DNA of 64,000 bases, from contig JAKAKW010000006.1 of NCBI GenBank assembly GCA_021824345.1, positions 10,257 to 74,256 of the forward strand, in the 5' to 3' direction. A program made the position numbers and the translations under genes. Within the stretch, counting starts at the first letter, position 1, and each line of letters starts with the position of its first letter. The notes beneath the pieces were generated by a model, which searched no databases, had not been told where the DNA came from, and saw nothing but the letters and a program-made list of their open reading frames with translations. This document shows, in pieces, positions 57,245-64,000 of the stretch. The stretch comes from a bacterium. GTDB taxonomy: Bacteria; Patescibacteriota; Minisyncoccia; Phycocordibacterales; UBA9973.

Positions 57245-58222
57245 TTGAATAATTTTTGGCAAAAATTACATAGGCCGTTTTTTGTTTTGGCGCCCATGGC
57301 GGACGTTACAGATTTTGCCTTCAGGAAAATAATAAGCAAATACGGCAAGCCGGATGTATTTTGGACAGAGTTCGTTTCGGCCGACGGTCTGGCGCACCAC
57401 GAAGCCAGAAAAAAACTGCTGATTGACCTGAAATATGAAAAAGGCCAGCATCCTATTGTTGCCCAAATTTTTGGCGGAAAGCCGGAAAATATCCGATCTG
57501 CAGCCAAGCTCTGCGCGGAACTCGGCTTTGACGGCGTGGATATAAATATGGGCTGTCCGGATCGGGCGGTGGAGAAGCAGGGCGCGGGGTGCGGGATGAT
57601 AAAAAGTCCAGAGGTAGCCGGAGAAGTGATCAAGGCGGCCAAAGAGGGGGTGCAAGAAGCGGCCGGCGCAAATGAAAAGGCGATTCCAATTTCGGTAAAA
57701 ACCAGGCTCGGATACAACAAAGTGGAAATGGACTGGATCAGGTTACTTTTAGAACAAAATATCGCCGTGCTCACTGTGCATTTGCGCACCAGGAAGGAAA
57801 TGTCAAAGGTCTCGGCCCACTGGGACTTGATGAAGGATATCGTTGCCATGCGGAATGCATCAGGCAAAAACACTCTCATCATTGGAAATGGAGACGTTGA
57901 AAGTTTGGCTGACGCCAAAAAGAAAGTAAAAGAAACCGGATGCGACGGCATTATGTTCGGCCGGGCCATTTTCGGAAACCCGTGGCTCTTTGCCGGCAAA
58001 AACCCCAATGTAAAGGAAAGGTTGAAGGTGCTTGCGGAACACACTAAGCTTTTTGAAAAAGAATTGGGCAAATACAAGAACTTTTCCATAATGAAAAAGC
58101 ATTTTAAGGCCTACGTGAACGGCTTTGACGGCGCGAAGGAGCTGAGAATGAAATTGATGGAAGCAGAGAATGCAAATGGGGTGAAAAAAATAATTACTGA
58201 TTACCTTAATTGCACCAATTGA
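57245..58222 (+). CDS. dus: tRNA-dihydrouridine synthase
   Basis: Dus signature LAPMADVTDFAFRKI and a TIM-barrel FMN site (INMGCP). Confidence 0.85.
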   Translation: MNNFWQKLHRPFFVLAPMADVTDFAFRKIISKYGKPDVFWTEFVSADGLAHHEARKKLLIDLKYEKGQHPIVAQIFGGKPENIRSAAKLCAELGFDGVDINMGCPDRAVEKQGAGCGMIKSPEVAGEVIKAAKEGVQEAAGANEKAIPISVKTRLGYNKVEMDWIRLLLEQNIAVLTVHLRTRKEMSKVSAHWDLMKDIVAMRNASGKNTLIIGNGDVESLADAKKKVKETGCDGIMFGRAIFGNPWLFAGKNPNVKERLKVLAEHTKLFEKELGKYKNFSIMKKHFKAYVNGFDGAKELRMKLMEAENANGVKKIITDYLNCTN

Positions 58223-58271
58223 CGAGCATAATAAATAATGTTATAAAATCTGCAAAATAACGGAGGTAAAG

Positions 58272-58715
58272 TTGAAAATAAAAGCGAGAAAACTAAGAAA
58301 AATTCTTAGAAGGCTTATAAAGGATGAGAGGAGTTGGATAAATGATATATTAACCAACCACTCCTGCGATCCAATTAGGCTTGCAAGGATTTCCTTTTTA
58401 AGGAAAATTTTATCAAAAAAAAGATTTGGGTATGTAATTATCCCAAACGACGATAAATCAAAAGGACTCCTCGAAGGATTGATAACCCCAGAGGAAGACG
58501 ATGGAATGGACATGGAAGCGAAGTCAATCGTTGCATATGTAATATTAGATTTGTTTCTTTTGTTTGTTTCATATTTGTCATTGATTCTGAAGCCATTTAA
58601 AGATTCAAAATTGATTATTGTCATTTTGACAATAATCTGGACCTTCTTCACGGTGCTTTTTTTAGTTTTTTATTTTCAAGAAGCAATTCGTGTAAGAAAA
58701 AACAAAAAAATTTAA
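58272..58715 (+). CDS. Hypothetical membrane protein (AT-rich ORF, TTG start after GGAGGT)
   Basis: 147 aa with 2 C-terminal TM helices, in a local AT-rich patch. Confidence 0.4.
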   Translation: MKIKARKLRKILRRLIKDERSWINDILTNHSCDPIRLARISFLRKILSKKRFGYVIIPNDDKSKGLLEGLITPEEDDGMDMEAKSIVAYVILDLFLLFVSYLSLILKPFKDSKLIIVILTIIWTFFTVLFLVFYFQEAIRVRKNKKI

Positions 58716-58784
58716 ATTCCGCCTTGGGTATTTCATTATATCCAAGGCATTTCATTTTTTAGCTCCTCGCGCTATAATCCCCGT

Positions 58785-59873
58785 ATGCCAAAGGCAAATA
58801 GCGGCCATAATAGAAACGGCAATGGAAACCACTCTTCCTTGGCCCTTTACCGTAAATACCGTCCGGAAACCTGGAAAGAGGTGCAGGGCCAGAGCCATAT
58901 AACTGACGTTCTGGAAAGCTCCATAAAGCAGGGGAATGTGTCTCATGCATATCTTTTCGTCGGCTCCAGAGGGCTTGGCAAGACCACTATTGCCCGCATC
59001 TTTGCTCGGGAGCTCGGCGTTTCTGAAAACGACACATATGAAATTGACGCGGCTTCCAATCGCGGTATCGATGATATCCGCGAGCTCCGGGACGGAGTGC
59101 GAGTTCTTCCGCTGGAGTCAAAATATAAGGTTTACATAATAGACGAGGTGCACATGCTTTCCAAGGACGCTTGGGGGGCGCTTTTGAAGACTCTTGAGGA
59201 ACCGCCGGCTCATGTCATTTTTATTCTAGCCACTACCGAATTCCATAAAGTACCCGACACAATCATTTCGCGGTGCCAGGTTTTCAATTTCAAGAAGCCT
59301 TCTGAACAGGTATTAAAAAAAATGATCATGGAGGTGGCAAAAAAAGAAGGGTATGAACTGGACGCCGGTTCTGCCGAACTCCTGGCCATTCTCGGAGATG
59401 GATCATTCCGCGATGCGCTCGGAATCCTGCAGAAAGTGCTGAATTTTTCTCAGAGCAAAAAAATAAAGAGGGAAGAGGTGGAAAAAATCACCGGCGCGCC
59501 GAAAACGGAATTGGTAAATGAAATTATTTCCTCTATTGCAGAGAAAAATCTTGAATCAGGAATCTCCGCCGTGCAAAGGGCGTCAGGGGAGGGAATGGAT
59601 ATGAAGCTCTTCACAAAATTGGTTATTCAAAAATTCCGCATGGCTGTAATTCTAAAATACGCTCCTAAATTGGAAAAAGAGCTTGCGGGAGATTTATCGG
59701 AGAATGATCTGCAATTTCTGAAAGGACTTGTGAAGGAGGACAAGACCGGCATGCTCCGTTCTCCTGCCTTGTCTTTGCTATTGGAAGCGTATCAGAACAT
59801 TGATCGAGCCTTCATCCAGGAACTTCCGCTTGAACTGGCGCTTATTAAAATCCTAGGCGAAGAAGAGAAATAA
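58785..59873 (+). CDS. dnaX: DNA polymerase III subunit gamma/tau, short (gamma-like) form
   Basis: AAA+ Walker A GSRGLGKTT, Walker B IIDEVHML and Sensor-1 TTEF. At 362 aa it has no tau C-terminal domains. Confidence 0.85.
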   Translation: MPKANSGHNRNGNGNHSSLALYRKYRPETWKEVQGQSHITDVLESSIKQGNVSHAYLFVGSRGLGKTTIARIFARELGVSENDTYEIDAASNRGIDDIRELRDGVRVLPLESKYKVYIIDEVHMLSKDAWGALLKTLEEPPAHVIFILATTEFHKVPDTIISRCQVFNFKKPSEQVLKKMIMEVAKKEGYELDAGSAELLAILGDGSFRDALGILQKVLNFSQSKKIKREEVEKITGAPKTELVNEIISSIAEKNLESGISAVQRASGEGMDMKLFTKLVIQKFRMAVILKYAPKLEKELAGDLSENDLQFLKGLVKEDKTGMLRSPALSLLLEAYQNIDRAFIQELPLELALIKILGEEEK

Positions 59874-59875
59874 AT

Positions 59876-60736
59876 ATGTCATTCCTATTGCTCACGGCCT
59901 GGGGTGCCACTGTCCTTTTCGGCATAGAGGCAATCATTGAAAAATTGGCCAGCCGGCATATTTTTTCCAACCCCTGGCTTTTCAACTATTTTCTCCGAAT
60001 GTTCGGGGCAGTCGGCATCATAGCCTTGTCCATTTTCTTCGGAGCTGGAATGCCTCACCACTGGAGCTATATTATTCTGGCCGGTATTTTTTCAACGCTT
60101 GGAGGAATTCTATATCTCTTTGCCTTATATAGGCTGGATGTTTCTGTTTTTATACCGCTTTTCAGCTTCAAAACAGTTTTCGCGGTAATTCTCGGCACTG
60201 TCTTTCTGGGCGAAATTCTCATTACCAAGCAATATATGCTTATCGGGGTAATATTTATTTTCGGGTTTTTCGTAAGCGTGGATGAGAATTTTCATTGGAA
60301 ATCTTTTTTTAACAAAAATGTTCTGATTGCTCTTATTGATACTTTATGCTTGGCAATAATGGCGCTGTTTGTAAAGCTGTCTATCGCGGAAACGGGCTAT
60401 TGGGATACTGCTCTATGGATGACCGTGGTGGAGGTGATTCTGCTCCAATTCACTGTCCCGCTTTTTAAAAAGGAGTTTAAAACTGTGAAGCGAGGACATT
60501 ACGGAATCATTGGATTGGTTGCTGTTATCGATCTTGGCGCCGTACTATTGGCAAATGCCGCCTATGGAATAAGCATCAGCATTGCCACGGCCATTATTGC
60601 CGTGCCCGTTTCAATGATTTTCGCCTTTATTTTTTCACGCTACGCGCCGGAGCTTTTGGAAAAGCACACCTTGAAGGTGTATCTGGTTCGCTTTATTTCC
60701 GCCGCTGTCATGATCATCGCGGCGTTGAATCTGTGA
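59876..60736 (+). CDS. DMT-superfamily (EamA-like) transporter
   Basis: Ten hydrophobic segments in a 5+5 arrangement. Confidence 0.4.
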   Translation: MSFLLLTAWGATVLFGIEAIIEKLASRHIFSNPWLFNYFLRMFGAVGIIALSIFFGAGMPHHWSYIILAGIFSTLGGILYLFALYRLDVSVFIPLFSFKTVFAVILGTVFLGEILITKQYMLIGVIFIFGFFVSVDENFHWKSFFNKNVLIALIDTLCLAIMALFVKLSIAETGYWDTALWMTVVEVILLQFTVPLFKKEFKTVKRGHYGIIGLVAVIDLGAVLLANAAYGISISIATAIIAVPVSMIFAFIFSRYAPELLEKHTLKVYLVRFISAAVMIIAALNL

Positions 60737-60800
60737 TATAATATAAGAAAATTATTAATCATTAAGTAGATGGCCTGGAGCTACAGCATAAGTCTGCTTT

Positions 60801-61076
60801 ATGATTTCAAAGAAAGAAGAAAAGAAATTAGCAATCGCATTAAGAAAAGAAGGTAAAACATATTCGGAGATATTGTCTGCTGTACCGGTTTGTAAATCCA
60901 CCTTATCCTTGTGGCTTCAATCTGTGCGTCTCGCGAAGAAGCAAAAACAGAGGATCACTGTGGCAAGAGTAGCCGGGCAGAAAAAGGGCGCAGAGGTAAG
61001 GAGAAGGCAAAGGATTGAAAGACAACAAAAGATTTATGCTGTTTCCAAGCTGGACATTAGTAGTATAACTGCTTAA
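60801..61076 (+). CDS. Small HTH-domain protein (N-terminal part of a possible interrupted homing-endonuclease-like gene)
   Basis: HTH-like segment KTYSEILSAVPVCKSTLSLWLQ. It is in the same frame as the next ORF, separated by a single TAA. Confidence 0.35.
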   Translation: MISKKEEKKLAIALRKEGKTYSEILSAVPVCKSTLSLWLQSVRLAKKQKQRITVARVAGQKKGAEVRRRQRIERQQKIYAVSKLDISSITA

Positions 61077-61088
61077 GAGCTTTTCTTA

Positions 61089-61486
61089 ATGGGCGTTTGT
61101 TTATACTGGGCAGAAGGTTCAAAAGAGAAGAGACAAAAGCCGGGACAAAAATTTGTATTTTGCAATATGGATCCTCGTATGATTCAAATAATGATTGTTT
61201 GGCTTTTGAGAGTGTGCAACATTGATAGAAGTATGATATTCTTCTCCATATATCTTCACGAAAATCATAAGGATAGACTAAAAGAAGTGGAGAAATATTG
61301 GTCGAAAATTACAGGTTTTTCATCGAGTAATTTTAAAAAAACTCTGTGGAAAAAGCACACTACTAAAACAAAAAGGACTAATATATCAGAAAGATATTTC
61401 GGATTATTGCGAATTGAAGTTAAGGCAAGTAATAAACTTGTTAGAAAAATTACCGGTTGGTTTGATGGCATATCTGAAAAAATAAT
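61089..61486 (+). CDS. LAGLIDADG-like single-motif homing endonuclease candidate (ORF as tracked runs on into tRNA-Gln)
   Basis: N-terminal GVCLYWAEGS resembles the LAGLIDADGS motif. Size and basic character resemble I-CreI-type enzymes. The tracked C-terminus (to 61565) is translated from the tRNA-Gln sequence, so the end is unreliable. Confidence 0.3.
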
Positions 61487-61557
61487 TGGGGGATCGTCTA
61501 ACGGCAGGACATCGGGTTTTGGTCCCGAGAATTTAGGTCCGAATCCTAATCCCCCAG
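61487..61557 (+). tRNA. tRNA-Gln (anticodon TTG)
   Basis: U1-A72 acceptor TGGGGGA/TCCCCCA with discriminator G, as in bacterial tRNA-Gln. Anticodon stem-loop TCGGG-TTTTGGT-CCCGA, T arm TTAGG-TCCGAAT-CCTAA. Confidence 0.8.
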
Positions 61558-61591
61558 CAGCCTGAAGAATTTTTTGTTATATAATCAGCTC

Positions 61592-62032
61592 ATGAGGGAA
61601 AACGCAAAAATCGGCAAATCTGGCGACGGCAGGGAAATGCATTATTCCGCAGGAGTTATTATCGTCTGCGACGGCAAATATTTACTGCTTGAAAGGAAAT
61701 ATCCTCCGCCCGGTTTTGCCTGTCCGGCGGGGCATATTGATAAAGGAGAGGAATCAAAAGAAACCGCCTTGCGGGAATTAAGGGAGGAAACCGGCATAGA
61801 ATTGAACGATATTGAATTTATATGCGAGGAAGAAATAAATCCGGACAAAATCTCGCAATGCCAAAATCTTCCCCATTATTGGTATCTTTTCCGCGCTTCG
61901 GTTGATTCAGAAGATGTGACAATTCAACAGGATGAAGTAAAGTCATTTACCTGGCGCACTCCGAAGGAAATGGGGGATATTCAATTGGAAGAAGTATGGA
62001 CGCATTGGTTCAAAAAACTCGGAATAATTTAA
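61592..62032 (+). CDS. NUDIX hydrolase
   Basis: Nudix box PAGHIDKGEESKETALRELREETGIE. The start is placed at the ATG 6 nt after a TATATAAT -10 box. Confidence 0.8.
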   Translation: MRENAKIGKSGDGREMHYSAGVIIVCDGKYLLLERKYPPPGFACPAGHIDKGEESKETALRELREETGIELNDIEFICEEEINPDKISQCQNLPHYWYLFRASVDSEDVTIQQDEVKSFTWRTPKEMGDIQLEEVWTHWFKKLGII

Positions 62033-62064
62033 AGGTAATATGATATATATGATATAATCGTCAT

Positions 62065-62793
62065 ATGCTTAAAGTCCTGTTTGACAATCTATCGGATAAC
62101 GATAAGAACAACGCCATAGCGAATATTATAGAGCACGCGACTCCGCGCTTGGATTTTTTCGTGATGATGATGCTTTCGGTGGCAATGGCCGCTTTCGGCA
62201 TTCTACTCAACAGCGTTGTGATATTGATCGGCAGCATGCTTATTGCGCCGCTTTTGTATCCGGTCCTTTCCCTCGGCCTCGGCATTATCACCGCGGACGG
62301 AAAACTCATGGGCCATTCTTTTTATACAATTTTAAAATCTTCCCTGCTTGCCATCATCGCCAGCTTCGTTATAGGCCTTCTTTTTTCCGGAAGCGGAAGC
62401 GCTGATTTCATACCATATCTCGCCTCCGGCAGTTCGTCGCTTCTAATGTATGTGATAATCGCGGCCATAGCCGGATTCGCCGCCGCATTGGCTGTTGCCA
62501 AGCCATACTTGAACGAAACTTTGCCGGGAGTGGCAATTTCCGTGGCCCTAGTGCCGCCGCTTGCTGTAATGGGAGTCGGACTTTCCACCCTGAAATGGAC
62601 CATGTTTAGCGACGCTCTGCTTATATTTATTGTAAACATTATCGGCATTATGTTTTCTTCCATGATAGTGTTTTCCCTGTTTAAATTTTCAAGAAAGAGA
62701 AAAGTAACAGAGGAAGCTGTGAAGGAGGAGGAAAAAGTGATAAAAAAAGAAAGCAAAGAGAAGGAAATAGGAAAAAATGCCCCCAATAACTGA
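62065..62793 (+). CDS. Integral membrane protein (DUF389-like?)
   Basis: At least five hydrophobic helices and a Lys/Glu-rich C-terminal tail. Confidence 0.4.
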   Translation: MLKVLFDNLSDNDKNNAIANIIEHATPRLDFFVMMMLSVAMAAFGILLNSVVILIGSMLIAPLLYPVLSLGLGIITADGKLMGHSFYTILKSSLLAIIASFVIGLLFSGSGSADFIPYLASGSSSLLMYVIIAAIAGFAAALAVAKPYLNETLPGVAISVALVPPLAVMGVGLSTLKWTMFSDALLIFIVNIIGIMFSSMIVFSLFKFSRKRKVTEEAVKEEEKVIKKESKEKEIGKNAPNN

Positions 62794-63193
62794 AATTGCC
62801 CCGCAGAACAATATTCAATCCCAGAGCCCTGTCGAACAAAAGGTTCCCGGGACTTGTCCCGTGTGCCATTTGCCCGTGCAGTCCTCATATTATTTTTGCC
62901 CAAATTGCGGAGCAAAGCTGAATATGGCTCCGCTTTCCATCACTTCTGCAACCCAGGCTTGGATATATGCGCTCAGTTTTATCCTCCCATGGACGGTTTT
63001 TATTTTTATCAAATGGTGGCCGGGAATAAAATATGCAAAATCGCATGATCCAAAGACAAAGCAAATCGGGCAGATTGCCTGGGCCATTTTGATAATCTCC
63101 ACTCTGGTTACCATTTGGTTTGCCTACGTGTGGACCCAAAATACCATAAAATCCACGATCAACAGCATCAACTCGGATATGAGCCTGCCATAG
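62777..63193 (+). CDS. Zinc-ribbon domain membrane protein
   Basis: CPVCHLP...CPNCGAKL zinc ribbon followed by two TM helices. Confidence 0.5.
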   Translation: MPPITEIAPQNNIQSQSPVEQKVPGTCPVCHLPVQSSYYFCPNCGAKLNMAPLSITSATQAWIYALSFILPWTVFIFIKWWPGIKYAKSHDPKTKQIGQIAWAILIISTLVTIWFAYVWTQNTIKSTINSINSDMSLP

Positions 63194-63214
63194 CGCCGTC
63201 CAAAAAGAAAATCC

Positions 63215-63247
63215 CCGAAACTTAATCGGGGATTTTCGCGCAAATCG
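63215..63247. terminator. Bidirectional rho-independent terminator
   Basis: AAAATCCCCGAAACTTAATCGGGGATTTT. The stem is flanked by A-run and T-run, and lies between convergent genes. Confidence 0.7.
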
Positions 63248-63251
63248 TTCT

Positions 63252-63650
63252 TTACTGTTTTACCGCGGGTGCGGGAGCCTTGCTTCCGGATTGCGCGCCG
63301 GCGGCTGCGCCATTCGGTGTCGTCTGGAAATAATAATAGCCGGGTCCGCGCATCATGCCATAACCTCCGTCTTGCATCATGTTGTAACCGGCCCCATAAC
63401 CGTGCCATCCTCCGTAATCAGCCCTCATGATTCCCACCAGCTGTCCCAGAGCATATCCGGCCCAGAAGATGAGAATAACCACGAGGATTCTCAGGGCTAC
63501 GCCCAAAAGATAGTGATGCCGTCCATAATGGCCCCAGCAGTATCCGTGGCCGTTCATTCCGCCATGATGGCAGCCGGAACCGCACTGTCCGCACTTTTGG
63601 CAACACTGTTCGCAATTGCCGCATTCATCTTTTTTATCCATGTTTTCCAT
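63252..63650 (-). CDS. Cys/His/Gly/Tyr-rich membrane-anchored protein (possible metal-binding)
   Basis: N-terminal CGNCEQCCQKCGQCGSGCHHGG cluster, one TM helix and a GYG-rich tail. A TATAAT box sits 7 nt upstream, and the overlapping plus-strand ORF is unconvincing. Confidence 0.45.
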   Translation of the reverse strand: MENMDKKDECGNCEQCCQKCGQCGSGCHHGGMNGHGYCWGHYGRHHYLLGVALRILVVILIFWAGYALGQLVGIMRADYGGWHGYGAGYNMMQDGGYGMMRGPGYYYFQTTPNGAAAGAQSGSKAPAPAVKQ

Positions 63651-63781
63651 AACTAACTATTATATTTATTCTAATAAATGATTATTAATATTGACCTTGT
63701 CATATCATTATATACCCAACAAAATTGATTGCAGGCAGACGGTGTGGAAACTCAAATTTTTAATCGTGGTATAATATTTCC

Positions 63782-63943
63782 ATGCACAAGATAAAGATTG
63801 AAAACCATATGTTCGGCGGGGGCCTGTGGATGGCAGCATGGCTGTTTACAGTGGGGTACCTCCAGCTTGGATTTTGGCAGGGAGTGCTTGCCGTGCTGGT
63901 TTGGCCATATTTTCTTGGCGTTCATTTTTTCGTTCTTCCATAA
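63782..63943 (+). CDS. Small membrane protein (53 aa)
   Basis: Hand-translated MHKIKIENHMFGGGLWMAAWLFTVGYLQLGFWQGVLAVLVWPYFLGVHFFVLP. An extended -10 box TGGTATAAT lies 6 nt upstream. Confidence 0.35.
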   Translation: MHKIKIENHMFGGGLWMAAWLFTVGYLQLGFWQGVLAVLVWPYFLGVHFFVLP

Positions 63944-64000
63944 CGGCAAAAAAGACACAAAGAAATTCTTGCGCGGATTCGGCTGAACAAGTTATAATGC

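Noticed and set aside
61487-61565. C-terminal 25 residues of the ORF at 61089-61565 (…GGSSNGRTSGFGPENLGPNPNPPAA)
   Set aside because: This segment is the translation of the tRNA-Gln gene sequence, not real protein. The ORF's true end, if the gene is expressed at all, is uncertain.

Overview
This window is a gene-dense stretch of roughly 48-50% GC chromosome with a core housekeeping gene set. Gene spacing is tight, and several proteins are shortened relative to their usual homologues (DnaX about 360 aa, ATP synthase delta about 130 aa, HolB-like, Rel of 504 aa). Many genes sit 6-10 nt behind an extended -10 box (TGnTAnAAT) with no Shine-Dalgarno sequence, so appear leaderless. Together these point to a reduced-genome bacterium, possibly of the CPR/Parcubacteria type; that assignment is inference only.

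The core genes, in order, are:
- cell wall: PBP2/FtsI-like (5' partial) and murF at the left edge, later mreB, rseP, ddl, murA and a lytic-transglycosylase-like protein
- a block of rmuC, a DEDDh exonuclease, a YqeY/GatB-domain protein, DedA, MYG1, obg, gatB, class II fba, an FAD-linked oxidase, L25, L31, prfA and an RRM protein
- a complete F1Fo ATP synthase operon (atpI-like, atpB, E, F, H, A, G, D, C)
- rsmI, priA, holB-like, frr, an M24 peptidase, L33
- miaA, a NUDIX hydrolase, parB, rel, topA, dprA
- serS, an FtsQ-like protein, dus, dnaX, a DMT transporter and a second NUDIX hydrolase
- five tRNAs: Glu-CTC (minus strand), Ile-GAT, Trp-CCA, Leu-CAA (minus strand) and Gln-TTG

One clearly foreign segment is present. 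An AT-rich island of about 7.8 kb (roughly 2950-10830) lies between murF and tRNA-Glu. It carries a large serine recombinase whose 3' end runs into the tRNA, a convergent pair of gamma-class N6-adenine methyltransferase and putative restriction endonuclease, and several unknown small genes. Among those are a zinc-ribbon plus membrane-protein two-gene module and two candidate small membrane peptides.

The most striking feature outside the island is a family of three cysteine-rich proteins of about 580 aa with no recognisable annotation. They are clearly paralogous and have zinc-ribbon-like CxxC/CPxCR modules at both termini and a duplicated internal FGCxxLRxKxYCIxNxQYSxEEY motif. One copy follows fba at 19133-20857; the other two are a tandem pair at 40301-43797.

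Other points worth a second look are:
- an XRE-HTH::MurA fusion
- a PriA homologue lacking a Walker A motif
- an HTH ORF and a LAGLIDADG-like ORF in the same frame, separated by a TAA stop, ending in tRNA-Gln
- two MITE-like inverted-repeat elements, one between the divergently transcribed exonuclease and YqeY genes and one between atpD and atpC
- three families of REP-like GC-rich intergenic hairpins
- a 0.7 kb ORF-free structured region beside tRNA-Glu

No CRISPR array and no rRNA gene were found.
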